Assembly (NCBI GenBank): GCA_029932605.1
Contig: JAOZPT010000022.1
Span: forward strand, 1 to 37,260
DNA from: Candidatus Zixiibacteriota bacterium
GTDB taxonomy: Bacteria; Zixibacteria; MSB-5A5; UBA10806; 4484-95
Reading direction: 5' to 3'
Length of the DNA stretch: 37,260 nt
The notes beneath the pieces are model-generated. The model searched no databases. It worked only from the letters and a program-made list of their open reading frames with translations, and was not told where the DNA came from. The position numbers and the translations under genes are program-made. Below, piece by piece: positions 17,695 through 28,400 of this stretch (positions are counted from its first letter, which is position 1; each line of letters opens with the position of its first letter).

Positions 17695-19771
17695 TAAAGC
17701 AAAAATACTTATAGTTGATGACGAGAGGAGGATGTGTGACAGTCTCAAGACGCTTCTTGAAATAGAGGGTTATTCGATACTGGCGGTGAGCGATTCGGAG
17801 GAGGCTGTTAATCTTATAAATAACGAAAACTTTGACCTGGTCATTACGGATATTAAAATGCCCGGCATTTCAGGTCTTGATATTCTTAAAAGGGCCAGAA
17901 AAAAAGACCCTTCTCTCGAGGTAATACTTATTACAGGTTATGCCTCTTTATCTTCTGCTAAAGAGGCGGTGGAACTGGGGGCATTCGGTTATATTACAAA
18001 ACCCATTGAGTTTGAGGACTTTAAGTTAAAGGTAATCCGCTCTCTTGAGAAAAGATCTAACGCTCTCGAAAAAAATCGACTTTTGGAACAGTTAACCAAA
18101 ACCAATACCCTTCTTAAGCAAAAGCTTTCTGAGATCGACGCCTTATTTAGTGCCAGTACGATGTTGGCTACGGCAATTGACTTAACCGAGGCTTTGACTC
18201 AGATCCTTTCTTTGGCTATTGACGTTATCGGTGCCAAAATAGGTTCGGTGATGATTCTGGACCCAACAAAAAATGAGCTTTATATAGGGGCGGCATGTGG
18301 TTTATCCGATGATATCGTATTGAATACGAAATTGAAACTGGGAAGCTCCATAGCCGGATATGTGGCCAAAACCGCCGAGCCTTTAATTGTGGAAGATATT
18401 GAAAAAGATCCCCGATTCTCTAGAATTAACAGACAGCATTATGAATCAAAATCCCTAATATCAGTACCCCTGAGATATAAAGGTAGAATTCTTGGCGTTA
18501 TAAACCTTAATAACAAGACAACAGGAACAACTTTTAATGAAGACGACTTAAAGCTTCTTACTTCTTTTGCTGCTCAAGCCGCCATAGCGATAGACCGAGC
18601 CAATATCTTCGCTGATAGAGGAGAAAAGATTAACGAGTTGACTGTTCTTTTTGATATCACCCGCAAGATATCGACTATTGATAGTATCGAAGGCGTGGGC
18701 GAGATTATTTTTAATGAGATACGCAAACTTGTTCACATTGATGGAGTGATATGGTATGGCCTTATTGACAGAGCGAATGTTTTCAGAGCGGATTTTTCAT
18801 ATTTATCAGAAAAGTACCAGAAAACACTTTCTCTTCCGACTGAACTGAAAATGAATAAGGAAGTTATAGGTCTCGGTCAGGATGTCGATATAGGTTATAT
18901 AAAAGATGTGTTTCTGAAAAATTTTGCAGAGTGCTTTTCAAGTGAAAAGTGTGCGATTGAAATAGTCCCTGTTGCTTTGCGTGGGTCTATCAGCGGTATT
19001 ATGGTGATAATATCGGAGGACGAACTTAGTGCAGAAAGAAAGAACCTAGCTGCAATTATTGCAACTCAAGCGGCCTCGGTATACGAACGTCAGAAAGCCA
19101 TTTTTAATGGCATGAAGCTGGTTACTATGGGCAAGATAATATCAGAAATATGCCACGATTTGAAAAAGCCGTTAACGAACTTAAAGGGCGAGATCCAGGT
19201 TTACAAAGACCGGATTAAGGGCTTGAAAGCTTCACAATTTTTCTCAAGTTCTGAAAAGGAAATAAATCGTATGACAGAACTTACGAAAGAGATGGTGGAT
19301 TTTGCCAATCCCAACAAATATAACACAAAAAAGGAACTGATAAAGCCAATTATTGAGAAAGCCTCTCGCCTTTTAAACAAAGATTTTCAAAAAAAGAATA
19401 TAGATTTTACGATAACCCAATCTGATGGTATTCCAGAAGTAGAGATTAATAAAAATGAGGTTTTTGAAGCTATATTGAATATCATGCTAAACGCTGTTGA
19501 GAGTATGGTTGATGGAGGTCGCCTTGATGTTAAGATAAGTATGCACCCAACAGGTGACCCGTATGTGCAGATTACTATTTCTGATACAGGCTGTGGAATT
19601 CCCGAGGATAAATTGCAAAGGATTTTCGAAAGATATTACACGACTAAAGAATCCGGTTCGGGTTTGGGATTGGCTATTGTCGAAAGAGTGATCTCTGCTA
19701 ATAATGGGCGCTTATTTGTTGAAAGTGAAGAGGGTAAAGGAACAACCTTTAAAATAGACTTACCGATTTAG
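17687..19771 (+). CDS. Hybrid kinase: receiver, GAF, degenerate GAF, histidine kinase
   Basis: ILIVDDE and DIKMP receiver. GAF motifs SIAGYVA, SVPL and FAAQAAIAI. H-box ICHDLKKPL, DTGCGI and GSGLGL. Overlaps the upstream gene. Confidence 0.92.
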   Translation: MIDKAKILIVDDERRMCDSLKTLLEIEGYSILAVSDSEEAVNLINNENFDLVITDIKMPGISGLDILKRARKKDPSLEVILITGYASLSSAKEAVELGAFGYITKPIEFEDFKLKVIRSLEKRSNALEKNRLLEQLTKTNTLLKQKLSEIDALFSASTMLATAIDLTEALTQILSLAIDVIGAKIGSVMILDPTKNELYIGAACGLSDDIVLNTKLKLGSSIAGYVAKTAEPLIVEDIEKDPRFSRINRQHYESKSLISVPLRYKGRILGVINLNNKTTGTTFNEDDLKLLTSFAAQAAIAIDRANIFADRGEKINELTVLFDITRKISTIDSIEGVGEIIFNEIRKLVHIDGVIWYGLIDRANVFRADFSYLSEKYQKTLSLPTELKMNKEVIGLGQDVDIGYIKDVFLKNFAECFSSEKCAIEIVPVALRGSISGIMVIISEDELSAERKNLAAIIATQAASVYERQKAIFNGMKLVTMGKIISEICHDLKKPLTNLKGEIQVYKDRIKGLKASQFFSSSEKEINRMTELTKEMVDFANPNKYNTKKELIKPIIEKASRLLNKDFQKKNIDFTITQSDGIPEVEINKNEVFEAILNIMLNAVESMVDGGRLDVKISMHPTGDPYVQITISDTGCGIPEDKLQRIFERYYTTKESGSGLGLAIVERVISANNGRLFVESEEGKGTTFKIDLPI

Positions 19772-19775
19772 GAAA

Positions 19776-21170
19776 ATGGAAAGCAGTGTAAAAATACTAG
19801 TTGTTGATGATGACCCGAAAGTCTCTTGGATTATATCTGAGGGTTTGGGAGAGGAGTACGAAATAGATGCTGCTCAAGACGGTCAGGAGGCTATATCGTA
19901 TCTTACTAAAAAACCAATTGGCACCAGACCGGATTTGGTTTTGCTTGATATCAAGATGCCGGGACAATCGGGTCTTGAAGTCCTTGACAAGATTAAAAAA
20001 ATTGATTCCTCGCTTGATGTCATAATGCTTTCAGGTCATGGTGAGACTCAGAACATAGTTGAATCGATTAAAAAGGGTGCCACCGAATTCATTAATAAAC
20101 CTTTTGATGTTAAAGAGCTTGAAATTCATATTCGAACTGTTCTTGAGAAAAAGAAGCTTATAAAAGAGCTTTCCGATTTAAAGAAAAAAATGAGGGAAAA
20201 TCAGTATGAGGACCTCATCGGCGATACGGAAGAGATGATAAAAATTAAGAATGTGGTGGAACAGGTTGCTCCCAGTGAACTTACAGTTCTAATAAGAGGT
20301 GAGTCGGGAACCGGAAAAGAAATCATCGCTCGCATGATACATCGCTTTTCTCCACGGAAAAGAGAACCTTTTGTCAAAGTCAATTGTGCGGCTATACCCC
20401 GAGAGCTATTAGAAGCGGAGCTTTTTGGATATGAGAAAGGTGCCTTTACCGGTGCCAATAAAACAAAACCAGGCCGGTTTGAGGTGGCGAATAAAGGCAC
20501 AATATTTTTAGATGAAATCGGTGACATGCCAATAGAACTTCAAACCAAACTTCTACAGGTTCTCGAACATCAAGAGTTTGTCCGGGTGGGAGGTATCAAT
20601 AATATTCATATCGATGTCAGGATTGTTTGTGCTACCAACCGCAACCTCGAAGAAGCATTGCAGAATAACCGGATGCGCGATGACCTATATTATCGGTTAA
20701 ATGAAATTACCATACAGTTGCCGCCATTAAGAGAAAGAAAAGATGATATCTCTCTTTTGGTAAACCACTTTTTACAAAAATACAGCCTGTTATATGATAA
20801 AAAACCTAAGGCAATTCGCCAGGAAACGATGAAACATCTATGCGCATATTCCTGGCCGGGAAATGTCCGCCAGCTCGAAAATCTGATAAAACAAATTGTA
20901 GTCCGTGGCGATGAGCATATCATTTATGAAAGCCTTAAAGGTCCAATTCCAACACCATTTAATCAGCAGGTAACATTGCCGATCAACTACGACGATGGTG
21001 ATTTTAAACTTAAGAATAAAGTAGGGAAAGCGGTAGCTGAAATCGAGAAAAATCTTATAAATAGAGTATTGATGAAAACTAACTGGAATCGGCGTAAGGC
21101 GGCAAAACTTTTGGACATAAGCTACCGTTCTTTACTTTATAAGATTAAAGAATATAAAATAATAGACTAA
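19776..21170 (+). CDS. NtrC-family sigma54-dependent response regulator
   Basis: VVDDD and DIKMP receiver, GESGTGKE, GAFTGA, FLDEIGD, WPGNVRQLEN and SYRSLLYKIK HTH. Confidence 0.95.
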   Translation: MESSVKILVVDDDPKVSWIISEGLGEEYEIDAAQDGQEAISYLTKKPIGTRPDLVLLDIKMPGQSGLEVLDKIKKIDSSLDVIMLSGHGETQNIVESIKKGATEFINKPFDVKELEIHIRTVLEKKKLIKELSDLKKKMRENQYEDLIGDTEEMIKIKNVVEQVAPSELTVLIRGESGTGKEIIARMIHRFSPRKREPFVKVNCAAIPRELLEAELFGYEKGAFTGANKTKPGRFEVANKGTIFLDEIGDMPIELQTKLLQVLEHQEFVRVGGINNIHIDVRIVCATNRNLEEALQNNRMRDDLYYRLNEITIQLPPLRERKDDISLLVNHFLQKYSLLYDKKPKAIRQETMKHLCAYSWPGNVRQLENLIKQIVVRGDEHIIYESLKGPIPTPFNQQVTLPINYDDGDFKLKNKVGKAVAEIEKNLINRVLMKTNWNRRKAAKLLDISYRSLLYKIKEYKIID

Positions 21171-21222
21171 TTTTCTGCATATTTTGTGAAATATTTTGCT
21201 TACATTTTGATTGTTGGTTGGT

Positions 21223-21235
21223 TAACTAATTGAAG
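21223..21235 (-). promoter_or_regulatory. Putative IHF site upstream of the sigma54 promoter
   Basis: Minus strand CTTCAATTAGTTA compared with WATCAAN4TTR. It lies between the activator gene and the -24 box. Confidence 0.35.
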
Positions 21236-21319
21236 ATAAATAGAATAAAGAACAAGACTCTGCCAGTAAATTAGTTAGAAAAAATAAAAAAATATTATAA
21301 AGCATATATTTAATAATTG

Positions 21320-21335
21320 TGGCATTTTTTTTGCA
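21320..21335 (+). promoter_or_regulatory. sigma54 (-24/-12) promoter
   Basis: TGGCATTTTTTTTGCA = TGGCA-N6-TTGCA (GG-N10-GC), directly downstream of a sigma54 activator gene. Confidence 0.75.
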
Positions 21336-21416
21336 TAAAATAAAACTATGTTGTGAGGCTTTTTGCATAAAGGTGTTACCCCCGAATGCAGGCTTACCAA
21401 AATAGCTGGGTTTAAG

Positions 21417-21884
21417 ATGGATAAAGAAGTTGAAATTTTAGATGAGGTTTATAATAGCAAAGATTATTTTTTAGCTAGAGTTGACCAGGAGCTGAAAAGG
21501 GCTCAAAGGTATTTGAATTTTTTATCCTATATTGATATCGATACCACCAGGCTTCAGAAAAGTGGAGAGGTGGAATTTTTAATTCAGGATAGCGAGTTTT
21601 ATAAAAAAATTAAAAAGCATATCAGGAATTGCGTACGGCAAACCGATATCATATCAGGTTTTAACAATGGTAAAATTTGCTTGCTTTTGGTGGACACATC
21701 TCGAAAAGGAGCAGAAGTGGTAAAAGAGCGCCTTCGTCAAAGCATTAAATATTTCCTTCATGAGATTGTAAGTTCTCCTTTGAACTGGCGTATAGCAATA
21801 AAATCAGAAAGTTTTCCTGATGATGAGATAACTCCGAATTTATTTTATAAAAAGATAAGTTCATCTCTATCCAATAAAATTTAA
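21417..21884 (+). CDS. Degenerate stand-alone GGDEF-like protein with a retained RxxD I-site
   Basis: YF..RVDQELKRAQRY...SYIDID, then RQTD five residues before NNGKI (at the GGDEF position), then LLVDTSRKGAEVVKERLRQ. ATG at 21417 is preferred over TTG at 21363. Confidence 0.7.
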   Translation: MDKEVEILDEVYNSKDYFLARVDQELKRAQRYLNFLSYIDIDTTRLQKSGEVEFLIQDSEFYKKIKKHIRNCVRQTDIISGFNNGKICLLLVDTSRKGAEVVKERLRQSIKYFLHEIVSSPLNWRIAIKSESFPDDEITPNLFYKKISSSLSNKI

Positions 21885-21946
21885 CTTCCTGCAAAAATTC
21901 TATAAATTTATTGAATTGATTAGCAATTTAATATTAAGATATAAGT

Positions 21947-23782
21947 ATGCCAGTAGATTTCCGAGAAAGATTAAAAACCGGTATTGTTATTTGCGATGGA
22001 GCTATGGGTACATACCTCAATCAGAAAGGTATATCCTATGACCATTGTTTTGATGAGTTAAATCTATCTAAACCTGAACTGATACTTCAAATCCATCAGG
22101 AGTATATCGATGCCGGTGCAGAGATGATTGAAACTAATACGTTTGGTGCCAATTCTGCCAGGCTCTCGGGTTATGGCCTTGAGGACAAGGTTAGAGAGAT
22201 TAATATTGGAGCTGTCAGAATTGCTCGTGAGGCGCGTGATATAACCGGTCAGGATGTTTTTATAGCGGGTTCTATCGGGCCATTGGGCAAACAACTTCTA
22301 CCTTATGGTAGAATAAGTCCCCAATCTGCTTTTAAGGTCTTCATAGAACAGGTTGAGGCTTTGTTGGAAGGTGGTGTCGATTTGTTTATAGTTGAGACAA
22401 TCTCTAACCTTGAGGAGATGGAGCTGGCGGTATCGGCTATCAGGAAGGTGACCAAGCTGCCAATAGTTGGCCAGATGACCTATACCGCCGAGGGAAAAAC
22501 ATTTCTGGGCAATAGCCCTGAAGAGGTTGTTTCACGTTTAGCGCTTTTGGATGTGGATGTCATTGGTGCTAACTGTTCAGTTGGCCCGCAAAAAATGCTT
22601 GAGGTTATTGAAGTACTGGCTGAGGTTGGCACTGGTTATATATCCGCTCAACCCAATGCCGGTTTGCCCCGCCTGTATGCTGGCAGGTTTGTATATTTCT
22701 CATCGCCTGATTATTTCGCCGATTATGCTAGAAAGTTTGTTAATACCGGAGCGATAATCGTTGGTGGTTGTTGTGGGACAACACCTGAACATATCACTGC
22801 TGTTTCAAAGAAATTAAAAGATATTCATCCGGTTCGTAATAAACGACAGACTTCACCACATATTAAGGTAAGAGAGATAAGAGAAGAAAAGACAACTGGT
22901 TTGATGTCGCCATTTATGGTAAAACTGTTACGCAAGTTTGTTGTAACGGTTGAGATAGACCCACCTAAAGGTACTAATCCAGACAGGCTGATTGAGGTAG
23001 TTGGGCAGTTGAAAGAGGCCGGTGTTGATGCTGTTAATATCGCTGATTCCCCGATGGCTAGGGTGCGGATGTCATCTCTGGCAATGGCTTACCTTGTCAA
23101 ACAAAATATTGATATCGACACTATTCTTCATTTCACCACCCGTGACCGTAATCTCATGGGTTTGCAATCTGACCTTATAGGGGCACATGCTATCGGCATC
23201 AGGGATGTTCTGGCATTAACAGGCGACCCTCCATCGTTGGGGGACTACCCTAATGCCACGGCTGTTTATGATGTAGATTCGATCGGCTTGGTCGAAATTA
23301 TCACCAAGCTTAATTCTGGGTATGATTTTTCTGGTAACTCTATAGGAAAATCCACACATTTTTCTATCGGTATAGCTGTTAATCCGATGGCTCCTGACTA
23401 TCAACTTGAAATGAATCGTTTAAGACGTAAAATCGCCGCTGGTGGTCAATATATTTTCACCCAGCCATTGTATGACATTAAAATTATTAACAGTTTCTTG
23501 GATGATATCTCGACCTATAATTTACCGATTATACTTGGGATATTGCCTCTTGTAAGTTATAAACATGCCGAGTTCCTGCATTACGAGGTGCCAGGCATCG
23601 ATGTGCCAGTAACTATTCGGCAGAGAATGAAAAAAGCAAAAAGCAGATCAACCGAGGAGGGAAAACTAATAGCATTAGAGATTATCGACAAGATAAAAAA
23701 ATCAGTTGCCGGTTTATATCTTATGCCTTCATTTGGTAAGTTTGATACCTGCCTGAATATTGCTAAGGAAATTTTAAATTAG
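21947..23782 (+). CDS. yitJ: Bifunctional homocysteine S-methyltransferase / methylenetetrahydrofolate reductase
   Basis: DGAMGT, ETNTFGAN, GANC and GGCCGT in the HMT domain. VEIDPPKG, RDRNLMGLQ, LTGDP and TQP in the MTHFR domain. Confidence 0.93.
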   Translation: MPVDFRERLKTGIVICDGAMGTYLNQKGISYDHCFDELNLSKPELILQIHQEYIDAGAEMIETNTFGANSARLSGYGLEDKVREINIGAVRIAREARDITGQDVFIAGSIGPLGKQLLPYGRISPQSAFKVFIEQVEALLEGGVDLFIVETISNLEEMELAVSAIRKVTKLPIVGQMTYTAEGKTFLGNSPEEVVSRLALLDVDVIGANCSVGPQKMLEVIEVLAEVGTGYISAQPNAGLPRLYAGRFVYFSSPDYFADYARKFVNTGAIIVGGCCGTTPEHITAVSKKLKDIHPVRNKRQTSPHIKVREIREEKTTGLMSPFMVKLLRKFVVTVEIDPPKGTNPDRLIEVVGQLKEAGVDAVNIADSPMARVRMSSLAMAYLVKQNIDIDTILHFTTRDRNLMGLQSDLIGAHAIGIRDVLALTGDPPSLGDYPNATAVYDVDSIGLVEIITKLNSGYDFSGNSIGKSTHFSIGIAVNPMAPDYQLEMNRLRRKIAAGGQYIFTQPLYDIKIINSFLDDISTYNLPIILGILPLVSYKHAEFLHYEVPGIDVPVTIRQRMKKAKSRSTEEGKLIALEIIDKIKKSVAGLYLMPSFGKFDTCLNIAKEILN

Positions 23783-23870
23783 ATACTAACTAAATTTATA
23801 GCCATATAACCGAAAGCTTGCTCTTGACAATATATTAAATTATTGTATTTTATTAAAGAGGTTGTAATAA

Positions 23871-25427
23871 ATGCGTTGTCTGATAGCAAGTCTTATCGTT
23901 TTTATAATAATAACTTCTCAGGATAACAACTGGTTTTATAATAGTCGAGACGATAATGAGTGCACCATAGCGGTTATAGGTGGTAGTGCTACAGTGGATG
24001 GCCGTCCGATTTTATGGAAAAACCGTGATGTTCGCAATGCCGACCAGAAATATCTATATATACCTGGCTGTTATACAGAGCAGGAAACCACTTTCGCTTA
24101 TATCGGTAATTTTTACGCTGATGATTCAACTCGTTGTTTCATGGGAATAAATGAATGTGGATTTGCTGTAGTAAATGCTAATTGTTATAACCTCCCTGAT
24201 TCGCTTAATAATGAAGGACTTGATGATGGTGACATTATGCATTGGGCTTTGCAGCGGTGCCGCGATATCACCGATTGGGAGATGTTTTTGGATCTGACTA
24301 ACGAACTCGGAAGAGAAGATCCCTGGATATTCGGAGTAATTGATTCTTATGGTGGAGCAGTTTTATATGAATGTGGTAATTTCAGTTGGATTAAGTATGA
24401 TACAAAAATACCTGCTAATGCCCCGGATGGAGTTATTGTCAGGACGACATTTGCATTATCTGGAAATGATGACGTCGAGGGTATAGAACGATATAAACGT
24501 GCCTGTCATCTGTTTTATAATCGACCGGCTTTCCGACCAATCGATATCAAGTATTTCCTGCAGACGATAATAAGAGATTTCGCCTGCGATATGTGTAATC
24601 CTTATCCCTTACCATATTATGGCCAGATGGGAGACCTGCCCGTTGGTTTTATCGATGCGCTTTATACTATCAACCGTTACAAGACGAGGTCCTGTTCACT
24701 GATAAGAGGTGTGCTTGAGGATGAAAACCCGAAACTGGCAACGACATTTGCCATATTAGGCCAGCCGGCTTTGTCCATAGCCATACCGTTATGGGTGGCA
24801 TCTGGGGAAGTCCCTATCTACCTGAATGGTGAACAACATGCTCCATGGTATGATATTATTTCAGAAAGGATGAAATTATTATATCCACTCAAGGAGCATC
24901 CAACCTGTATGAACACGCTTTATCTTTTGGATTCAACTGGTGCTGGAGTGTATTCTTATACTCTGCCACTTGAGGATTGGGGGGTCAGGCAGGCAGAACA
25001 AAATCTCCGGTCGTGGCGGAACCAGATAGTAAATCCGGGGATCATAAGGTCAGCTCAGATGGAGATATGCGAGGCCTTATGGCAAGGATTTGTTAACGAA
25101 AGCGATAGCATTATCAGGGCATTTGAAGTAAAGGAAGCGGCATTTGAATACAGGCTTTCTAATTACCCAAACCCGTTTAATGTTAGTACAACTATCTATT
25201 TAGATTTAAATGATAGAGACAATATCAATACCGTTTCGGTCAATATCTATAACATCTTGGGTCAGAAGGTTGCTGGTCTTGGTGAGGTTGACCTTTATAA
25301 CGGTTATGCAAGTGTCACCTGGAATGGTTGTGATGATTCAGGCATGTTGTTAGCATCTGGAGTTTATTTCTATTGTATTGAAAATCCAAGAATTAGGAAA
25401 ACGGGCAAAATGATTTTACTTAGATGA
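23871..25427 (+). CDS. Secreted Ntn-hydrolase (C45/C69-like, Cys nucleophile) with a FlgD-Ig/T9SS-type C-terminal domain
   Basis: Signal-like N-terminus, E|CTIAV..G.AT.DGRPILWKNRD and MGINECGF. C-terminus NYPNPFN...YNILGQKV...WNG.D..G..LASGVYFY...KMILLR. Confidence 0.8.
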   Translation: MRCLIASLIVFIIITSQDNNWFYNSRDDNECTIAVIGGSATVDGRPILWKNRDVRNADQKYLYIPGCYTEQETTFAYIGNFYADDSTRCFMGINECGFAVVNANCYNLPDSLNNEGLDDGDIMHWALQRCRDITDWEMFLDLTNELGREDPWIFGVIDSYGGAVLYECGNFSWIKYDTKIPANAPDGVIVRTTFALSGNDDVEGIERYKRACHLFYNRPAFRPIDIKYFLQTIIRDFACDMCNPYPLPYYGQMGDLPVGFIDALYTINRYKTRSCSLIRGVLEDENPKLATTFAILGQPALSIAIPLWVASGEVPIYLNGEQHAPWYDIISERMKLLYPLKEHPTCMNTLYLLDSTGAGVYSYTLPLEDWGVRQAEQNLRSWRNQIVNPGIIRSAQMEICEALWQGFVNESDSIIRAFEVKEAAFEYRLSNYPNPFNVSTTIYLDLNDRDNINTVSVNIYNILGQKVAGLGEVDLYNGYASVTWNGCDDSGMLLASGVYFYCIENPRIRKTGKMILLR

Positions 25428-25496
25428 GAAAGATAAGTTAATTATTTTGCTTAATTGGAAAGACAAAAAAAACTGATGCAAAATAAGGTAAATAAT

Positions 25497-28400
25497 ATGA
25501 AAACCAAGATTACTTATTTTATGGCTATTTTTCTTGTTTTGGCTCTGGCATGGAAGACCGCGCTTGCTTTTAACGAGAAGGATGGATATTTAAGTCCTGT
25601 TAAGGTCTATGACCAGAATCCTATTCCTGATGAGACAGCGGTTAAGAATCTCAATGGTTCGTCTGCCTGGCTCAAGTTTAATACCCGATACGATGGTAGG
25701 TTCATGGTTGATTGGAATACAAACTCCAAAACACCTCACCTGGTAATAACATCGGGTATGAAACTTACTACTGATCTCAATCAATCTAATATCCAAGAGG
25801 TATCGGAACGTTTTATAAATGAAAACTCTGAACTTCTGGGGGTTACATCATCTGAGCTTAAACTGCAAACTGCTGGTTTCCACGGTGGAATGTGGTATGT
25901 GGTTTTCGATCGCTATTACGATGGGTTGTTGGTTTACAATGCTCGGGTGAATTTAACCTATTCAACCAGTGGAGCACTGGTAGCATTTGGCTCGGATAGC
26001 TATCCAGACATTAACGTCAACACTTCACCTACAATAAACCAACAACAAGCGATTGATATTGTTCGATCCAGTATCGAATATCCATCGGAGAAAGACAGTG
26101 TCATAAGCACTCAACTATTGGTTTTGCCATTGCAGATGGAGGGAGAGTTCAGCGTTCATCTCGCCTGGAAAATCGTTTATTTCTGCCCGGATTTGCCGGC
26201 GAGGTGGTATATGTTTGTTGATGCGCATGATGGCGAGTTGTTAATGTACTGGGATGCCATTATGTATGATTTCACCGGCAATGTGAGCGGTGATGTGCAG
26301 TTGGACGGTGCCTTTTCTCCATTTTATAACCTTCCTTTTAAAGACCTGACTGTAAATGCCAATGGTTATGGTTCTGATGACACTGATGAAAATGGCAACT
26401 ATAGTATTCCTGGAAACGACTCTGCAACTATAACAGCTCAGCTTAAAGGGCCGTATGTCGATGTCAACCGTGTCGATGGAACCGACGCTTCGTTCTCCGG
26501 TTCCTCCTGGGGAAATTTGGATATCGATTGGACCGCTATATCACAGAACCAGGAGAGAGATGGTTACTATAATACTACAGTTGTTCATGATTATATCAAT
26601 TATGTTGATCCATATTTTTACGGTATGGACTGGCAAGTGCCATGTAATATCAACCTTCCGGGAGCATGTAATGCCTACTGGGATGGTAATGGGATTAATT
26701 TTTACCGTGAAGGTGGCGGTTGTCCCAACATCGTTCTTATGTCAACTGTTGTTTACCATGAATATGGACACGGTATCACTCAGTTTTTATACGAGCCTAA
26801 CGACCTGCCTTATTTTGGTGAGAGTGGTGGTTTAAATGAGGGATGGTCGGACTTCATCGCCAATTGTATCACCGACCAGGCGCTTATGGGGCGGGGATGG
26901 AGTGGTCCGGGAACGTACCTGCGCTCATCTGATAACAATAATCAGTATCCCGGCATTGAATGTGGTGGCGAACCACACTGCATGGGTGATATCATGGTAG
27001 GGGCGCTCTGGCATATGCGGGCGATGATGGTCGATAATTATGGCGATGGTATTAAACCATATGTCGATAGCCTGTGGCATTACGCTCGTTATGCTTTGCC
27101 GATGAATTACTTCGATTATCTCTGGCAGTTGTTGTTATATGATGATGATGATAGTGATATTTACAACGGTACGCCTCATGCCCCAGAGATAATTTACAGT
27201 TTCGTTTATCTGCATAACATAGACCCGGGTTTCAGGATTGAAATCGAACACACTCCTCTGGGCGATTCTGAGGATTCTTTAAACGCTTTTCCCATTAGTG
27301 CTGAAGTTACAAGCTTTTTCCCTATTGAGGATGGTTCTGTTGTAACTTACTATACAACGGGTGAAGATTTTATTGAGGTGGAAATGGAAAATGTTAGTGG
27401 TGATATCTGGTCGGGAGAAATATCACCTCAATCTTTTGGAACCACGGTTAGTTACTATATTCAAGCGGTTGATAATGCGGGTATGATTGCCACCGACCCT
27501 GAAGATGCTCCTGATTCTTTATATAGTTTTTATGTAGGTTACGATGTTATCCCGCCTACGCTTGAATTGGTTTACAGTCCTCCCAACACAATCAATCTTT
27601 TTGGTCCCTATGGTCCTTTTATTTTCCGGGCATGGGATACCAATAGCATAGATACGACCAGTGCCCAGTTTCACTATGTAATCAATTTCGGTGACGAATC
27701 TGTAGTATCGATGGAGACCGGCGATCAGGAAGACGAATTCGTCCTGGAGGCTCTTGACCTGGGAACGGTGCTTCAGACCGGGGATATAATTCATTACTGG
27801 TTCACCTGCCAGGATGGAGCAATAAATCCCAATACCGGGCGTTTGCCGGAAGAGGGCTCTTTTACTTTGGAGATGGTTATAACCGAGCTGATTGATGATT
27901 TTGAGGATGGCCTTGATGAATGGCAGGTTGTGGGAACAGGCTGGGTGCATTTCGACCAGGGGTATAATTCATCATATGGCGTTAAAAGTAGCCTTGATGA
28001 TTATGAGAACAACATGAATAGCTTGTTGTATCTGGTAGAACCATATAATCTATCGCTTTTTGATTATGTAAGGTTGGGTTTTATGCACAAAAACCTAATT
28101 CTTCCCGGAGACACCTGTTTTGTGCTTGCCTCTGTTGACCCTTCAGGTCCCTGGACAATCCTTGGAGCCATTAGCGGGTTTGACTATTGGAGCTACGATA
28201 GTTTTGAACTTGAGGGATTCAGTGGTCCTGGATACGATGAAGTATATGTTGGTTTTCAATTTGTATCAGATGATTCTGAAACGCTTTTTGGTATAATTAT
28301 CGATGATGTCGAGATTTCGATAGAACCTCCTGTTGGTTTTGATGAAGATGTTTCTATCCCTCGGATATTTGCCTTAAACCAGAATTACCCAAATCCCTTT

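Noticed and set aside
21885..21946. Possible SAM riboswitch before yitJ
   Set aside because: The spacer is only about 60 nt, AT-rich, and has no S-box motifs.
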